A stretch of 63,316 nucleotides of DNA, filler included, from Rhabdomonas costata (GCA_019059605.1; 35 parts of 35 records of this genome joined end to end with filler, not necessarily neighbours in it); one strand, 5' to 3'. Shown: positions 37,718 to 50,535, counted from the first letter of the whole stretch. Translations and numbers: made by a program. The notes: generated by a model not told the origin, from the letters alone.

Positions 37718-38068
37718 GTGCACGTACATACGTACGCTCACACGAAGAAAACGCGAAGAATGTCCTCTATGAGAGATATGACCAAAAGTAATGCTCGAGA
37801 AACTGCAACGAGGCACTAGCGAGTGGAAAGGTGAAAGAAATTGTGGAAGTCCCCCCCCCTCCTTGCACACCTTAACCCAGGGAGAGAAACTATGTCTCTG
37901 TTTTTCGACCCTCGCAAACCGATCTGCTCAGGAATTTATGTGGGGGGTCTCAGGTATGTGGCANNNNNNNNNNNNNNNNNNNNNNNNNNNNNNNNNNNNN
38001 NNNNNNNTTAATTAATTAANNNNNNNNNNNNNNNNNNNNNNNNNNNNNNNNNNNNNNNNNNNNTGTTG

Positions 38069-38182
38069 TTGGGCATATTTTCGCTCTTGGTACACATAAT
38101 AATAAATTCAGCACAGACCATACTGCAGAAGGGTCTGTGCTGAATTTATTATTATGTGTACCAAGAGCGAAAATATGCCCAA
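38069..38182. repeat. Contig-terminal inverted repeat (51-bp arms), probable fold-back chimera
   Basis: 38069-38119 is the exact reverse complement of 38132-38182. Confidence 0.88.
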
Positions 38183-40399
38183 AAATACGCAGAACTTCAT
38201 GAAGTCTTCCGAAGTGTGTGCGCGGGGAGATGTGCGTGGAGGCCTGAGGTTCCAAGCCCTTCCTTAACGAAGGTTCCGAGCCAAGCGTCTCCTCCACAAA
38301 CTTTGCAATCATCGGCTGACGGCTCAGCACGGGGGCAAGACTCACGAGGGTATCTCGGGCGTTAGAAAACCAGCGAGGACGACATAAAAGCTTCCCAAGA
38401 GAACCACAGGCACAACGGCCCGCGACAACGCTGCCGACCATCATTTTCTCTTCAAAAGAAAGATCGATGTGAGGGGGCTGAAAAAACACCGCATGCCAGA
38501 GGCGCTGCGCATGATAGTGATCGATGCAAGCGGCATGCGACGCTTGCAGAAGTTGGAGGAAGTGTGAGGAGTATGGAGCAGGATTTGCGCACACGGCGAG
38601 AAAGGGAATTTCGAAGGGGGGGGGCAAACCTCGTACGGAATGCTAACAAATTCCTCCATCCCATCCCGTTTTGTCCGGGAATGCCTAGCAAAGATTTCAG
38701 CGTTCCTAAATCGTAACAAACACAATCAGTGGCCTGGGCACTGAAGCTTCGTCGAAGCCGAAGAACATAAAATCTCAGCAAGATCTGCCTTTCGTCTGCC
38801 TTTCGTCATCAATCGGGCAAATCATTTCACCTGTTTGTCCACATCTATGGTCGTCCAGTCATTGCTCCAAAGTCAACGGAGCTAAGACTCAACTAAGTGC
38901 ATGATAGGGCACACAGGGTCTTTATGTCATCCCAGAAAAAGGTGAAGAGCGCAACCAATCACATCGCTGAGCAAACCGTGGCCCCTCCGTTGGACACGTT
39001 ACCGCGGGAAAAAGTACACTTTTTGCAGTTGACGTGAGGTGCTGTTCAATAATTGGTGCTTCAAAGAGCCACAATAACAACTCTGGTGAGGGGTGGGCAG
39101 CTTTACCCCAAACAAACACAAACTTACTGTGCAAGCCAGCGACAGACCAGAAGCCCGAGGGAAAAACTCCCCCTGCTCGAAACAACCCTTTTCGCAAGAC
39201 GCTCACAACCCTCTCGTCCCCAGACAACAAAATGACAGCACACATTTGCACGGAAAAAACGCAGAACGGCAAACATCGAAGCGCACTCCCCTGGGCAGAC
39301 ATTCTGCTCTCAGAGACAGTGACACTTCTGGACACACATAGCGGAGAGATACTGATGAAAGCAAAATAACCCAAGAGCTTTCACAGTCCTCCCCGCAGAA
39401 CCCAGCTGGTGCAATATCAGCTGGAGCAACAGCGCAGCTGTACAAAGGGCATCCATTCACCGCCTTCCATCCAATCCTTGTCGCCCTTCGGACGAACGCT
39501 GACGAGGATCATTAAATGCTGCCATGCAAAGATAATTTCATTTCTTTTTCGATGGAAAGAAGAGCGACCATTCGAGATTTTACATCGACATGAAACGCTC
39601 TATGCTCGGGAGAGGCGGGCGAAAGGTTGCCAGTTGGAAGGCACAGGGAAAACTGCAGAAGATCACCACTTTAACTTTGGAAGTATGCCAGTATGACCAC
39701 CAGAAAGAGGATGAACAGCAGAAACAACGGACAAAATGAAAACTCAGAGGAGCGACGTGGGTCTTGAGACACAAANNNNNNNNNNNNNNNNNNNNNNNNN
39801 NNNNNNNNNNNNNNNNNNNTTAATTAATTAANNNNNNNNNNNNNNNNNNNNNNNNNNNNNNNNNNNNNNNNNNNNGGGGGTGGTTTGTTGGCGATGCGTG
39901 GGATGTGGGCGGCCTTCCTGGGTGGTTTTTGAGGCTTCTTTCTTGGCTTGGCTCTGTGACATTTTTGCCGCGATACCAGTGCACAGGCCGCGTATGAGTG
40001 GAAACTGGCGCCTGGTCCCTTTTGATGAAGCGAGGAGCATACGAAATACGGTAATTGGTTAGCTAACAGACTGACTGAGTGAGGGTTCTCGCATGACGGG
40101 TCATTCGGATTGCTCGGGGGGGCCGAATGGAATGAAAACAAATACAGGCAAGGAAACAGACACGGTGCACTACTTGATACGTACATTCAAAAAATAAAGG
40201 AAGAACAACCGGCGTGGTTAGAGCTCAATGACACACCATAAATGGGTGAATAAGCCTACGAGACACGGAAAAAAAGGATATCGCAGGAACGGTCCTTGTC
40301 CATTTAGCTACTTTTAAGGTTCCCATTAATACCGTCAAACGGCGCCATAGAAACCCTGCCTGCCAATGCTGCTCCACTGGTATTCTTGTCCGTCTTCTT

Positions 40400-41460
40400 G
40401 GGTCGCCGTTTTGGTCCACAGCGGAATTGTTTCTGTTCCGTTTGGTTTCCGGCATCCCGCACGGGGCAACCTTCGAGGAGACTCCGCGTCCAACCGGGGG
40501 AAGGCCGCAGCTCACCCACCACCCACCGCATCTGAAATTGGTCCGTACGGGTTAATGGCCCCCCTTTTATGCCGCTTCCTTCGGACCCTGTGCCCCCGAT
40601 TTGTTTCCGCAACTTCTTCCTATCCAGCTTCGTGTTGCCTTTGTTTGGGCGGCATTCGCGCCAACACCTTGCCACTCGTTTTTTCCGCCGTTTTCATTGT
40701 CATGCCGCTCCCTGCCTAGGTCTTGATTATATACGACCGAACATTTGGCATACAAAGGTAGCGGAAGCATTATCACGTAGACTAAAAGCCTAAAAATGAT
40801 CTTGGCGCTTCCTCCGAAACACCCCGGGTCGATGTTTTGGGGCGCAGGGCCACCCCAGACTACCGGGATGGAAATCACACTTAAGAACAGACGCACCGGC
40901 ATTTTGCCCAGCCAGACGGACACTCCACCAAAGTTTCGACCACCAAAGTCTTTGAATGAAACGCTTCAGACGCTTGCGCGGTCGGGGCCGTTCGTTGACC
41001 AGGGCTTCGCCCTGCAATTTGAAAAGCCGGTCCGCGGTAGGAACAGCAGTGACCTCGGCGGCAACGGGTCTGGTTTTCTTGTCCTGGTCAAGTCCTTTTT
41101 CAATGGAAACTTCAACGTCGGGGACCACCTTAAGGCAACTACCCATCCTGGACAGCGGGGGATCAACTTCACCTCGGGAGACAGGCGTCCACCTCATCCC
41201 CGGCCACAAGTTTGACCCCCCAAAACAAACGCTCCTCCATCAGTCTCCCCAACAAACCGACATGCTACCCGACCCCCTGTGCTCCTCCTCCTTCTTTCTC
41301 GGTGACTCGGTCTTCCGCTGGTGACATTCTCTGATGAAGTACCACGGCCGTGACCACAGTGGCCACCCCTGTAACGGCTCAGCATACGTAGGAAGAACGT
41401 TTTGTAGTAGAAAATAAAAGAGACAGCTTGGTGGGCCAGACAAGATTTTCGTAATATCTT
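40400..41460 (-). mobile_element. Highly decayed DIRS-like RT/RNase H remnant (tentative)
   Basis: Eroded motifs appear in the expected order across changing frames: PLQGWPLWS (PxGW), LKRFIQRLWW, VY..DNAS, RHDNE (HINxxE) and INPYGPIS (NPADxxSR). Confidence 0.35.
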
Positions 41461-41466
41461 GGAAGC

Positions 41467-41583
41467 TTGGTTAGTCGCAGAAGTTGGTAAGGAGCTCGGA
41501 GGAGTTCGTTTCAAGAGCAGAGATCAGTTGAGGCTTTGAAACGAACTCCTCCGAGCTCCTTACCAACTTCTGCGACTAACCAA
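41467..41583. repeat. Contig-terminal inverted repeat (48-bp arms), probable fold-back chimera
   Basis: 41467-41514 is the reverse complement of 41536-41583. Confidence 0.88.
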
Positions 41584-41699
41584 ACCCNNNNNNNNNNNNN
41601 NNNNNNNNNNNNNNNNNNNNNNNNNNNNNNNTTAATTAATTAANNNNNNNNNNNNNNNNNNNNNNNNNNNNNNNNNNNNNNNNNNNNTGATAGTTGGGG

Positions 41700-42736
41700 T
41701 GGGTTGTGGGGTGATGAGCAACGTCCTCAAGGCGGCCGTGGCGTCCGGAGCGCAGAACACACTCAGCCGCAGCCCCATTCGCGAGCCGGGCCCCGGGGAG
41801 GGGGTGGTTGTGGCCACAGCAAGTCCCACATTGGCCACCCCACAGTCCATCAGCGGGCTGAGAATTCTCGCGGTGTCTCGACGGACGTGCCCCGCCTGTG
41901 TGTCGCAGAGGGTGTGGGCCCGGTGTGGGTCTGCAGCCGCCCGATTGCAGCACACCCACACGCACACTCAAGCAAGACTGATTTTTGCGGAGACAAAAAA
42001 CGGGGAGAGAGGATCCGCTCTTTACCTCGTAGAGGGTGGGTGGTTTGCAGGTCAAGGGATAGGTGCCGGTGGTCGGCATGCAACCTTCAAACGGTGAGCT
42101 TCTCGCGCCCACATATACACTGCGCCGTGCTGCGCTGTGCTGTAGTGTGGGCTGCTCGACTCAAAGAGACTTCGATAAGAGCCCCCCGCTTTGCTACGTC
42201 TCTTTGCAGTCTTGGTGCTGTTCCTGGTGTCCGCTGCACCGAAGGAGAAGAGAGAAAAACACTTTCCCTTCGGAGCTGACATGGATTCGTTTTTCCGAAC
42301 AGGAACGAGGGCGGGGAGGGGAGGGAGTGTTTCAAAACAAGGACCGCTCAAATTCTCCCTCAACAACGGTTCGACGGGGACGGGTGAAAAGCTGAAAACG
42401 CAGCAGGTAAGTACGCGTAACCAACAAAACGTTACAGGCGACACCGTGAATCGAGATTATGCAAACCTTGCGTATTCATACAGGGACAGCATATGCTACC
42501 AAAGCCCAGCGACATAAACACAGTCCAAAAATCTTCAGTCAAAACGCTACGTACAAAGTTTTCGATTTTGGGGTGTAACTAGGATCACATAAAAAAAGAA
42601 GGTGAAAGTGCCCCAGAATTCGAGGAAGAAGGTTTTCAATGGAATGGGGATACCTGAGCCTTGTCCAGACTCATCACCTTCAGGGCATTTGGATCGTGCT
42701 TGTTGGCGGGTTCGCGCTGCAGAAGCACCCGCTCTC
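41700..42736 (-). CDS. HIRAN-domain protein (HLTF/Rad5-like), exons 42736-42654 and 41895-~41700
   Basis: ERVLLQREPANKHDPNALKVMSLDKAQ|AGHVRRDTARILSPLMDCG rebuilds the HIRAN core across a 758-bp phase-0 GT-AG intron. Confidence 0.85.
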
Positions 42737-44008
42737 CTATGTGCCATCCCCTCTGCTCGCCCAGTACTCCTCCGCGAGGTGTGATTCCAAAACAGTTAAA
42801 GCCCTCAACTCACGATGCACCGAGTTTACCACAGTCCGAAGGAATTCGTGGCTCTCCTTCCTCCGAGCGTAAGCCGCTGGAGTCGACACATTCTGGCTTC
42901 TTATGTAAACGAACCCAGAGTGAGCCTTTCTTCCACCCCCCCCCCCCTCCGAGGATTCCAACAGAATTCTGGCAGATTACTAAAAAAAGCTTTTGCAGGG
43001 GGCTAGGAGGCGATGCACATTTACTACAGAAAGTAGGGTTCGGGGTTCAAACCAGCGTTGCCACTACGCCATTTACACCCATTCCCCCCAAAATCCTGAA
43101 AAAAAACATGCCTGGAATCGGCCTGTAGGAGTAAAACTGTAGCCCTAAAAGACAACAAAGGATGGAAACCAGGAAGGCTACGGATTGAAAAAGGCACCAA
43201 CAGGACACAAATAGGGAACTTCCAAGGATGAGACTAGATGACACAAGATGAGACCAAGATGAGACACAAGGCCTACGGCTCTTAGCTGCTCATGTCACCT
43301 CACCAGACACCTCACAGAGCGTGGCCTCAGCCAACCTCAGCAGCTGCAAAGCCCCAAAGGAAGTCCATCGGAAGTCCATCCTCCCCTCACCCCCACAACN
43401 NNNNNNNNNNNNNNNNNNNNNNNNNNNNNNNNNNNNNNNNNNNTTAATTAATTAANNNNNNNNNNNNNNNNNNNNNNNNNNNNNNNNNNNNNNNNNNNNT
43501 GTGGTTGGGGAAATTTTATTTTCGTCAGCTTTAAGTCCAAGCACCAGGGCAGCCTGTGACTTTTTTTTTGCACAACGGATATTAAAGGCGGTTTCCAATA
43601 GCTGAAACTATGCATTTTGAAAGCAGGGCGTGCACTATTTTTTTTGAACCGTGAAGACCTCACAGAAACGAATATATGATAACTTTAAGGTCCAAACGAA
43701 ACGATTAAATAAGGAAGCCGAAAAATAATGACCACATTTTGGTGTGTTTTTCTTCCGTATCGGATAACATTGATATGCATAAGAAATTAAAGTGTATTGT
43801 TTTGACTAAGAAGGCTGGAGTTGGAGTTAGAGTGGGCAGTGATGTCTGTGACCCTTGGCATGGAGATGGAAGTACGCCGGTGCTTTGTTGTGCTCTTGCC
43901 CCACATCTATGTTAATCTCCCAGGTTGACGTCCTGCTCTCGTCTGAAAGTCGTTGTTGGCGCTCATCTGTCAGAATGATTTGGTGCTCCCTTTACGGTTA
44001 CATTTCAG

Positions 44009-44889
44009 GTGAAGTCGCGGCCCGCAACTGGAGACAATGTGTCCCCGTTGAGTACCCTTGCTGAGCAGCGCTTGGTGAAGCCTTCGCCTTCAGATGGGAG
44101 CGCGTCATTATCAAGAGACCAGTGCGTGCCCTCTACGAAGACGTGCTGTTTGAATGTGACGATGGAAGATTGCGCTGACCATGATAAAAGAAGGAATATA
44201 TGCGATGGTAAAAAACCTGAACGGTCAAGAGCTGCCCGACAAAATGAGGCTTCCGCTTCATCTGTCGAAGAGCGAAACAAGGCTGCTGCAGTTCCAAAAA
44301 CTGAAGATGGGGCAAAACGCCAAGCCAACCAGGCACCCTCAAATGGCAATGCTGAGGCCTCCGCCTGCCCTCCTGGTGCAACAATTGTCGATAATGGCAA
44401 CGGTAAAAGGTCGATTACCACCTTGAAGCGGGTTGGAAAACCGAAAGGCGAGTCAGAGTCGGTTGCGAGCACTCTTGCGCACCTGCGCAGTGCTAGTGCT
44501 TCCCCTAATCCTCGTAACAATGGCGCTGTGGCCAACGATGTTGCAAATATTAGTGATCTTCCTGTGGGTAAGGCACCCGTTGCACCCTCCGGCTCGCAGT
44601 CAACACGGCAACTGCCCTCTCAGGGCACCTGTGGGGGTCTGGATGTTTTTCTTGCTAATGGGGCACCGGCTTCTGTGCACCGCTATGGTGATGACTTTCA
44701 GAGAAGACCAAAGCCTTCCTCTGCTTTACCATCCAGCTCCCCAGTACTCCTTCACAGAGTGGCGTGACAAGTTCCACCACCATGAGTGTCTCTGGTTCTA
44801 CCTGCACCAGTTTTCCACGTGGGCAGAAGCATTCGTTGCGCACGAGTATGCAGCCAAGAGGAGAGCCGTCCTCTTCTTCCTCGCTCTCG
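44009..44889 (+). CDS. Two exons of a hypothetical protein (44009-44567 low-complexity; 44758-44889 globular-looking)
   Basis: CAG| acceptor, then a G|GTAAGG donor and CAG|AG acceptor that join in frame to EWRDKFHHHECLWFYLHQFSTWAEAFV. Confidence 0.6.
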
Positions 44890-45364
44890 GTCAGACACAA
44901 CACAGCGGAAGTTGACCAGAGGGTGAACAACTTTTATGGGAGTCGGCACAGTCTTTCTTCCGCCTCGAGCGACCAGGGTATAGCTCGTAGTGGCAAAGCG
45001 CCTGTGTCGAAGGATCCTGGAATGATTCTGATAATGTGGTGCCGAGGACCAGCTTTTCTCAAAACCCTCCCTCGAGCACCGGAGGGGGGCTTGATCGCTT
45101 TCATGACGACACGGAGGCTTCTTTCGTACATCACTACACTGCAAGAAGGCGGAAGGAGCAGTTTTAGAAGTACATGTTATTGTATTTTTGCCCCCCCCCC
45201 CCCGCTTTTTTNNNNNNNNNNNNNNNNNNNNNNNNNNNNNNNNNNNNNNNNNNNNTTAATTAATTAANNNNNNNNNNNNNNNNNNNNNNNNNNNNNNNNN
45301 NNNNNNNNNNNTTTCGAGGGCTAATATTTTATCCTATAAAAACTCATCTAGAGCGAGGCAAAAA

Positions 45365-47022
45365 TACTCCTTTTGGTTTGGGCGACTGGGACTCGCAAGG
45401 CGCACCATAATCCCTGTAACACTGCGCAGCACGTCCAATGTGCGCCGCAAGCGGAGCTTCTCCGCCTCTGCAACCTCCTCACGAACGAGGCGTCTGAGAA
45501 AAGGAAACAGGCACCACACACACGTGCAAGTCACAAGGCAGTGGCGCGCTCATAAAAACTCTCTTGGGTGATGCTGAGAATACCGTCATTATACCCCCCC
45601 ACCCCCCGAGAACAGTCACTTGAAAGGGCCGAATAAAGGAATGGCAAAAGTCGGAAGGAAAAAGCACACTGCTGCAGGAGGGTTTTGCATTCCGACTCGA
45701 GCTTCCCCACCTCAAGAAGCTGGTTCAGGAGAGAGTCCTCGATTGACAGAAGCTTCAAGGCCAAGGTTTGATCTGAATCATAATAATGCAGCAATTTTTT
45801 GTGGTAGGTGTTCAGTTGGTCCAAGTAAGCATATAATTGGAAACAGTCACAACCCGAATGCACCAAATCAAAAAAAATTCAAAGATCGCAAAACTCAGGC
45901 CAATTCTGACACACTCACTGATCCAATGGTCGAATGAAAAGCCGGAATTACCGGGGTCAGAAAAATGCCGGGAAACCATGTAAGAATTACCGTTTTGAAA
46001 GCAAAATAGATTTTTGAGAAAAAATGGAGAGAATGGAGAATGCCCGTTCGTCTCTTTCATCCTCCAGGTTCACTTGGGTTGGTTGGGTTGGGTTGGTTTA
46101 AGTTTGTGCAAGCGGCTATAAATTCCCTTTTTTAAACGATCTAAAAATGACGCTTATTATCTCCAGTAAGGACAGTATCCTAGGCCCACGACACCCTGAA
46201 AAAAATCTCGCCATAAGACCTCCGAGGAAGCATCACAAAGCCAAAGCAGGCCGGGGTCTTTTCTACTCGTCTACGAGGTCTTTTCTCCCGAAAAGCTGCA
46301 ATGCCGGTATTTCACCCTGCACCCCCAGGCCGTGCCCCTTGGCGCTGTTCCTTTGCTAATTTTGTGCTGCTTCTTTGCCCAGCGCAGCGGTGCGTTTATC
46401 GACCGCACCCAAGACGTATGTACAAAAAACCCACCTGCCTCTATACCCGCATTTCAAACGATTACATCGGGCTGTTGCTGAAAGACTGAAACAACTCGCA
46501 CAGTGGGAGACAAAAAAGCTGTCAACCTGTCTTTTTTAGAATTTGGGAAAGAGCCTGAACCGCCTCAATCTTTGGAGCACTCAGCGGAGAACGTTGTGCT
46601 TCCAGCTGAAACGCAACAAAGGATAAAACCGTGGTTGCCCACAGAATAGATCAACGGGGTCATGCGACCGGCTGACCCAAAAAATTTTGATGCAAAATAA
46701 TTCAAAATACTGTGGTGGGACAGCGTAGGATTATATGCATTTCAGGAGAGGAGGGGCGCTAACCGATTTTATAACAAACTGGCAGACCAGACGCCTAGGA
46801 AAGGTACCACAGCAGCGAATTCCAAGTCTCGTAACTCACCGTTTGACCGTTCAACATCCAGTGGGCTGCAATCCAGTCCCAAACAGTCCCATACAGTCTA
46901 GAAAAAGGAGGTGGGGGGAAAAGTACTCCTTTTGGTTTGGGCGACTGGGACTCGCAAGGCGCACCATAATCCCTGTAACACTGCGCAGCACGTCCAATGT
47001 GCGCCGCAAGCGGAGCTTCTCC
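45365..47022. repeat. 99-bp exact direct repeat (45365-45463 and 46924-47022) covering an exon end and its donor
   Basis: TACTCCTTTTGG...GGAGCTTCTCC is identical in both places. Left flanks are only loosely similar. Confidence 0.92.
45406..45772 (-). CDS. Two exons of a coiled-coil hypothetical protein
   Basis: QTLALKLLSIEDSLLNQLLEVGKLESECKTLLQ|QRLVREEVAEAEKLRLRRTLDVLRSVTGIM joins through a phase-2 GT-AG intron. Confidence 0.6.
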
Positions 47023-47186
47023 NNNNNNNNNNNNNNNNNNNNNNNNNNNNNNNNNNNNNNNNNNNNTTAATTAATTAANNNNNNNNNNNNNNNNNNNNNN
47101 NNNNNNNNNNNNNNNNNNNNNNGTGGTGGCAGAACGGAGGGCTCTGGCTTACGCGAGGTCTGTCATATTCATGTATCCAATGTGGC

Positions 47187-48075
47187 CTGTTCTTCCTGCT
47201 GCTGCCACTCAGTGCTCTTATCCACACTGTCACAAGTGACGCCCGAGGGGTGCCACACTGCGTCGCACCAAATACATTCCCATCTGGTGCGGCGATGTGA
47301 GCGAACCGGAAGCCTGCTCTCCCGAATGACAGCGCGAACCCGCAGCGAGGTACTTAGGCACACGCTTCCGTACGGTAGATGTGTACATGCGGTGCGTTGG
47401 TGTTGTGCGCACGGGCTGTCGAACAAGACCACTATTGACTGACGGCCATTCGCACTGTTTGCCACACGGGTGCTCGCGAGAGGTATGCCTTCGGAGCGAA
47501 CGACGCCGTTGGGTATCGGTTCACCGCCGAATTCAGCCCCACGGGTCCCGGGTCTTTCTTGCGCAGCTGCTGCTCCATTGACGCTTCGCCCTGCTTTTGT
47601 GTCTGTGTGTGGACAACCCAAAGAGCTGCACCAGCTCCTTCTCCATCCTCAGCGAATACACCGGGCCCTCGATGCAGTAGAAGTCCCAGGGCACCTCGCG
47701 CAACGCAGCCAGGCTCCTGCTCAGCGGGGCGCACCCCGCAATTCTCTGCAGAAGCAGCTCAGGCACTCTCTGAGTAAAGAAGAGGTGGGCCTTGAGGTAG
47801 GGCCGGGCCCCACCCTCCCAGTCGTGGAGCATCCGCCCCACGGCCTCCTCGGTGGGGGTCAGCAGGTAGGCCGCGGGGTAGGTGGGCAGGGGTTGCCGGA
47901 CCACGGTGAGGCTCTCCACGAGGCCCACGCCGTGGCGAACCAGCTCACTGTTCTTCAGGCAGCACGTCATGAAGGGGATCACCGCAGGATCCAGGATTAG
48001 CACCTTGGGCTCCCCAGCCACTGACGTCAACATGTCCTCAAGAAGGCGCTTCCGCACCGCCTCCCGAAGACTCAT
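47187..48075 (-). CDS. SEC1: Sec1/Munc18 family protein, 5' part (exon 48075-47618; probable small exon 47226-47187)
   Basis: MSLREAVRKRLLEDML...KVLILD...GVGLVESL...RQPLPTYPAAYLLTPTEE...YLKAHLFFT is the SM-protein domain 1 pattern. Confidence 0.92.
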
Positions 48076-49130
48076 TTCCGGGGAGAGAGATGCGTTCGGG
48101 AGAAGGAGGATAGGGAAAACTATAAAATAAGATTGTGATCTAAGCCTCGGAGCAGGAAAATCAAGCAAGAAAACAATGCAAGGTGCAAGGTGTAAGGAAG
48201 CAGACACTGAGAGATAAAAAACATTCCAATTGATTCGTGTCGTGGCTGGATTTTACACGATTTTTGACACGCCCATTCATATCCACATGTCTCAGTCCTC
48301 TGTGCCTGGACTTCCATTGGGCGCACAATCCCGACAAGGCCACACAACTCTAATTACTGGCACAATGCTGAACAACAGTCCAACATCATCCTTACAAACG
48401 CGCGAATCATTCAAATATACACCGAAAAGACAGAGGTGTCAGGTAACTCAGGCTTTGTGTTTATGGAGTGTACTGGACTGCAAGGCAAGGGAAGAGTAAA
48501 ATGGACTTCCCAAAACAACAAGTTGCACGTTGCAGAATGAGTACAAAACTCAGAAACAAAAGGGTTGCCACCGCGTCCCGAAGCAGACTGCGCCAGCAAG
48601 TACCTGCCCAGATCCCTTCATACGAGAAAAAAGGCACCAAACTGCGCCCCCAGCAGAAGGCGGACGATCAACGGGGCATTCTCTCCCCATCGGGTACTCG
48701 AGCAGCACGTGCAGGAGATGAATCCTTCCGCCACCACAATGTGGGTCCACCCGTCCCATTTTCCTGAGCACGCTCTCATCAGTCATCCCACGAGTCCTTC
48801 ACTTCCTCCTCCTTGGGTGACCACCCACAACACNNNNNNNNNNNNNNNNNNNNNNNNNNNNNNNNNNNNNNNNNNNNTTAATTAATTAANNNNNNNNNNN
48901 NNNNNNNNNNNNNNNNNNNNNNNNNNNNNNNNNGAGAACCTGAGCTGCGTCCAGGTGACAAAAAGTCTCAGTTCTGGGTGACCTACTATATATCTTTGCA
49001 TTCTCGTTTCCGTCTGATCAGTCTCAATGGATCTCGATGATGGATTAGTTGGTTTTTTGTTTAGTGGCAGGATGTATTTTCCGTATGACTGACCCGTTTG
49101 GGCAACTCTCCTTGTCTTCTCTCCGCACAG

Positions 49131-50535
49131 ACACACTCCAAGCGAAGCTGTTCAATCAGAGGAGCTTGCCAATGGGTCCTCGGACGTGTCCTCGCCCACA
49201 TCCACCACCACCCTGGAGAGCAGCCTGCGGCAGCTTCTGGAGCTCTTCGCGGCGCAGGACCACACTCCAACACTGACCTTGGCGGAGCCCCTGCCCACGG
49301 AGCTGCAGCCTGTGCTAAGGGAGGCAGCGGGCGCGCTGCGGCTGTACTGCCACACCCTGGCTCATCGGCATGCCCGGACCTCCGCTTGTGTATTGTTTCT
49401 CATTCAGTGTTTGGTTGCTGTTGAGAAGAAGACACATATGTATGTTGAGAGTGGTTTAAGCAGTGCTGTTTTTCGGAATATTCGTGCTTGTTGGTAGGTT
49501 GAACCGCCCCAAATGGAGACCCACGGGGCGAACCGACCCACTAGAAAAGAAATAGGGGATACCGCCCGACAAAAAGTGGTGCGCTAAGGGGCTCCACTTT
49601 AGCGGGAAGACCTCTCACTGGCAACGTGACGCAAGGCCCACAGCAAGTACTCTTTCACAACCAGAATCAAGTCCACAACTCCACACAGACCGATCATCTC
49701 GAAGCAGCCAATCACTTCAGCGGTGGTCAATCAGCAGGCGGCGGCCGTGGACTGGCTGTTGGACCCCAAGATGACGGAAATCAATGGCCCTTTGAGAGAT
49801 TTCCTGAAGGACCCCAAGATGCCCTTCTTGCGCACCACCGACCTGCCTGCGAAAGCTTTCCGCTATCTTCAGGCCTCCTTTCCTCTCTCCTTTTCCTCTT
49901 TCTTTTTCTGCCAGTCATCCCCCCGGGGTCTGTCACATCAGCTCGCTCGAAGGCACGTACATTGTTCCAGCAGGAGACTCGAGATTTCATTTCATTCAAA
50001 ACGCAGACCCACTGCACCCAGTCTCTTTACCGCCTGGTTGCAATATTTTTGTTGTTTTTTTTTATTCTCGTGCTGAGGTTGCTGTTTTCTGTTTTGCTGC
50101 TGCTTTTTCTAATTATTTACGGTTTTTTTTTTGTTGTCTTCCAGTCTTTCGCAGCCCCCCAGTAACAACTGCTCCCTCTTTCATATAAAGGACCTCAGCG
50201 CTGTGGGATGCGCCTTCACGGTGCTTCGGATGCCGGACTCCTCGGTGAAGGTACATCTTTAAGCCCAATCATCTGTGTGTGTGTGTGTGTGTTGGCAGCA
50301 CTGTTGGCGCTGCGTTTTTTTATGTTACGCTGTTGACACCGTTGCTGACGGTACACTTCCGCAGCCCATTCATGTCTTGTTCCCAGAATGAGAACTTAAT
50401 GGCCTTTTTGAGTTGTTCTTGACTTGGAGAACGTATCCATCTCTCTTCTGCCGTGTTTCTTTTTTCCTCCCCCTCTTGGTTTTATTTGCCTTGTTGATTT
50501 CAGGGCGATGGGATTGGAGTACGTGAAAATGAAAA
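49131..50535 (+). CDS. Four exons of a hypothetical protein (49131-49367, 49689-49872, 50191-50250, 50504-50535) with two GC-AG introns and one GT-AG intron
   Basis: One continuous frame, ...YCHTLAHR|PIISKQP...AFRYLQ|DLSAVGCAFTVLRMPDSSVK|GDGIGVRENE, using donors CG|GCATGC, CAG|GCCTCC and AAG|GTACAT. Confidence 0.65.

Noticed and set aside
38069-38182. Terminal hairpins (also 30822, 41467, 59799, 61613) as hairpin telomeres, MITEs or miRNA precursors
   Set aside because: All five are at contig ends next to G/T tails, are unrelated in sequence, and one copies gypsy coding sequence. This is typical of fold-back amplification chimeras.
42191-42517. Signal-peptide-like plus-strand ORF with a GTAAGT donor
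   Set aside because: No ATG at its start, and it lies antisense within the HIRAN gene intron; no other support.
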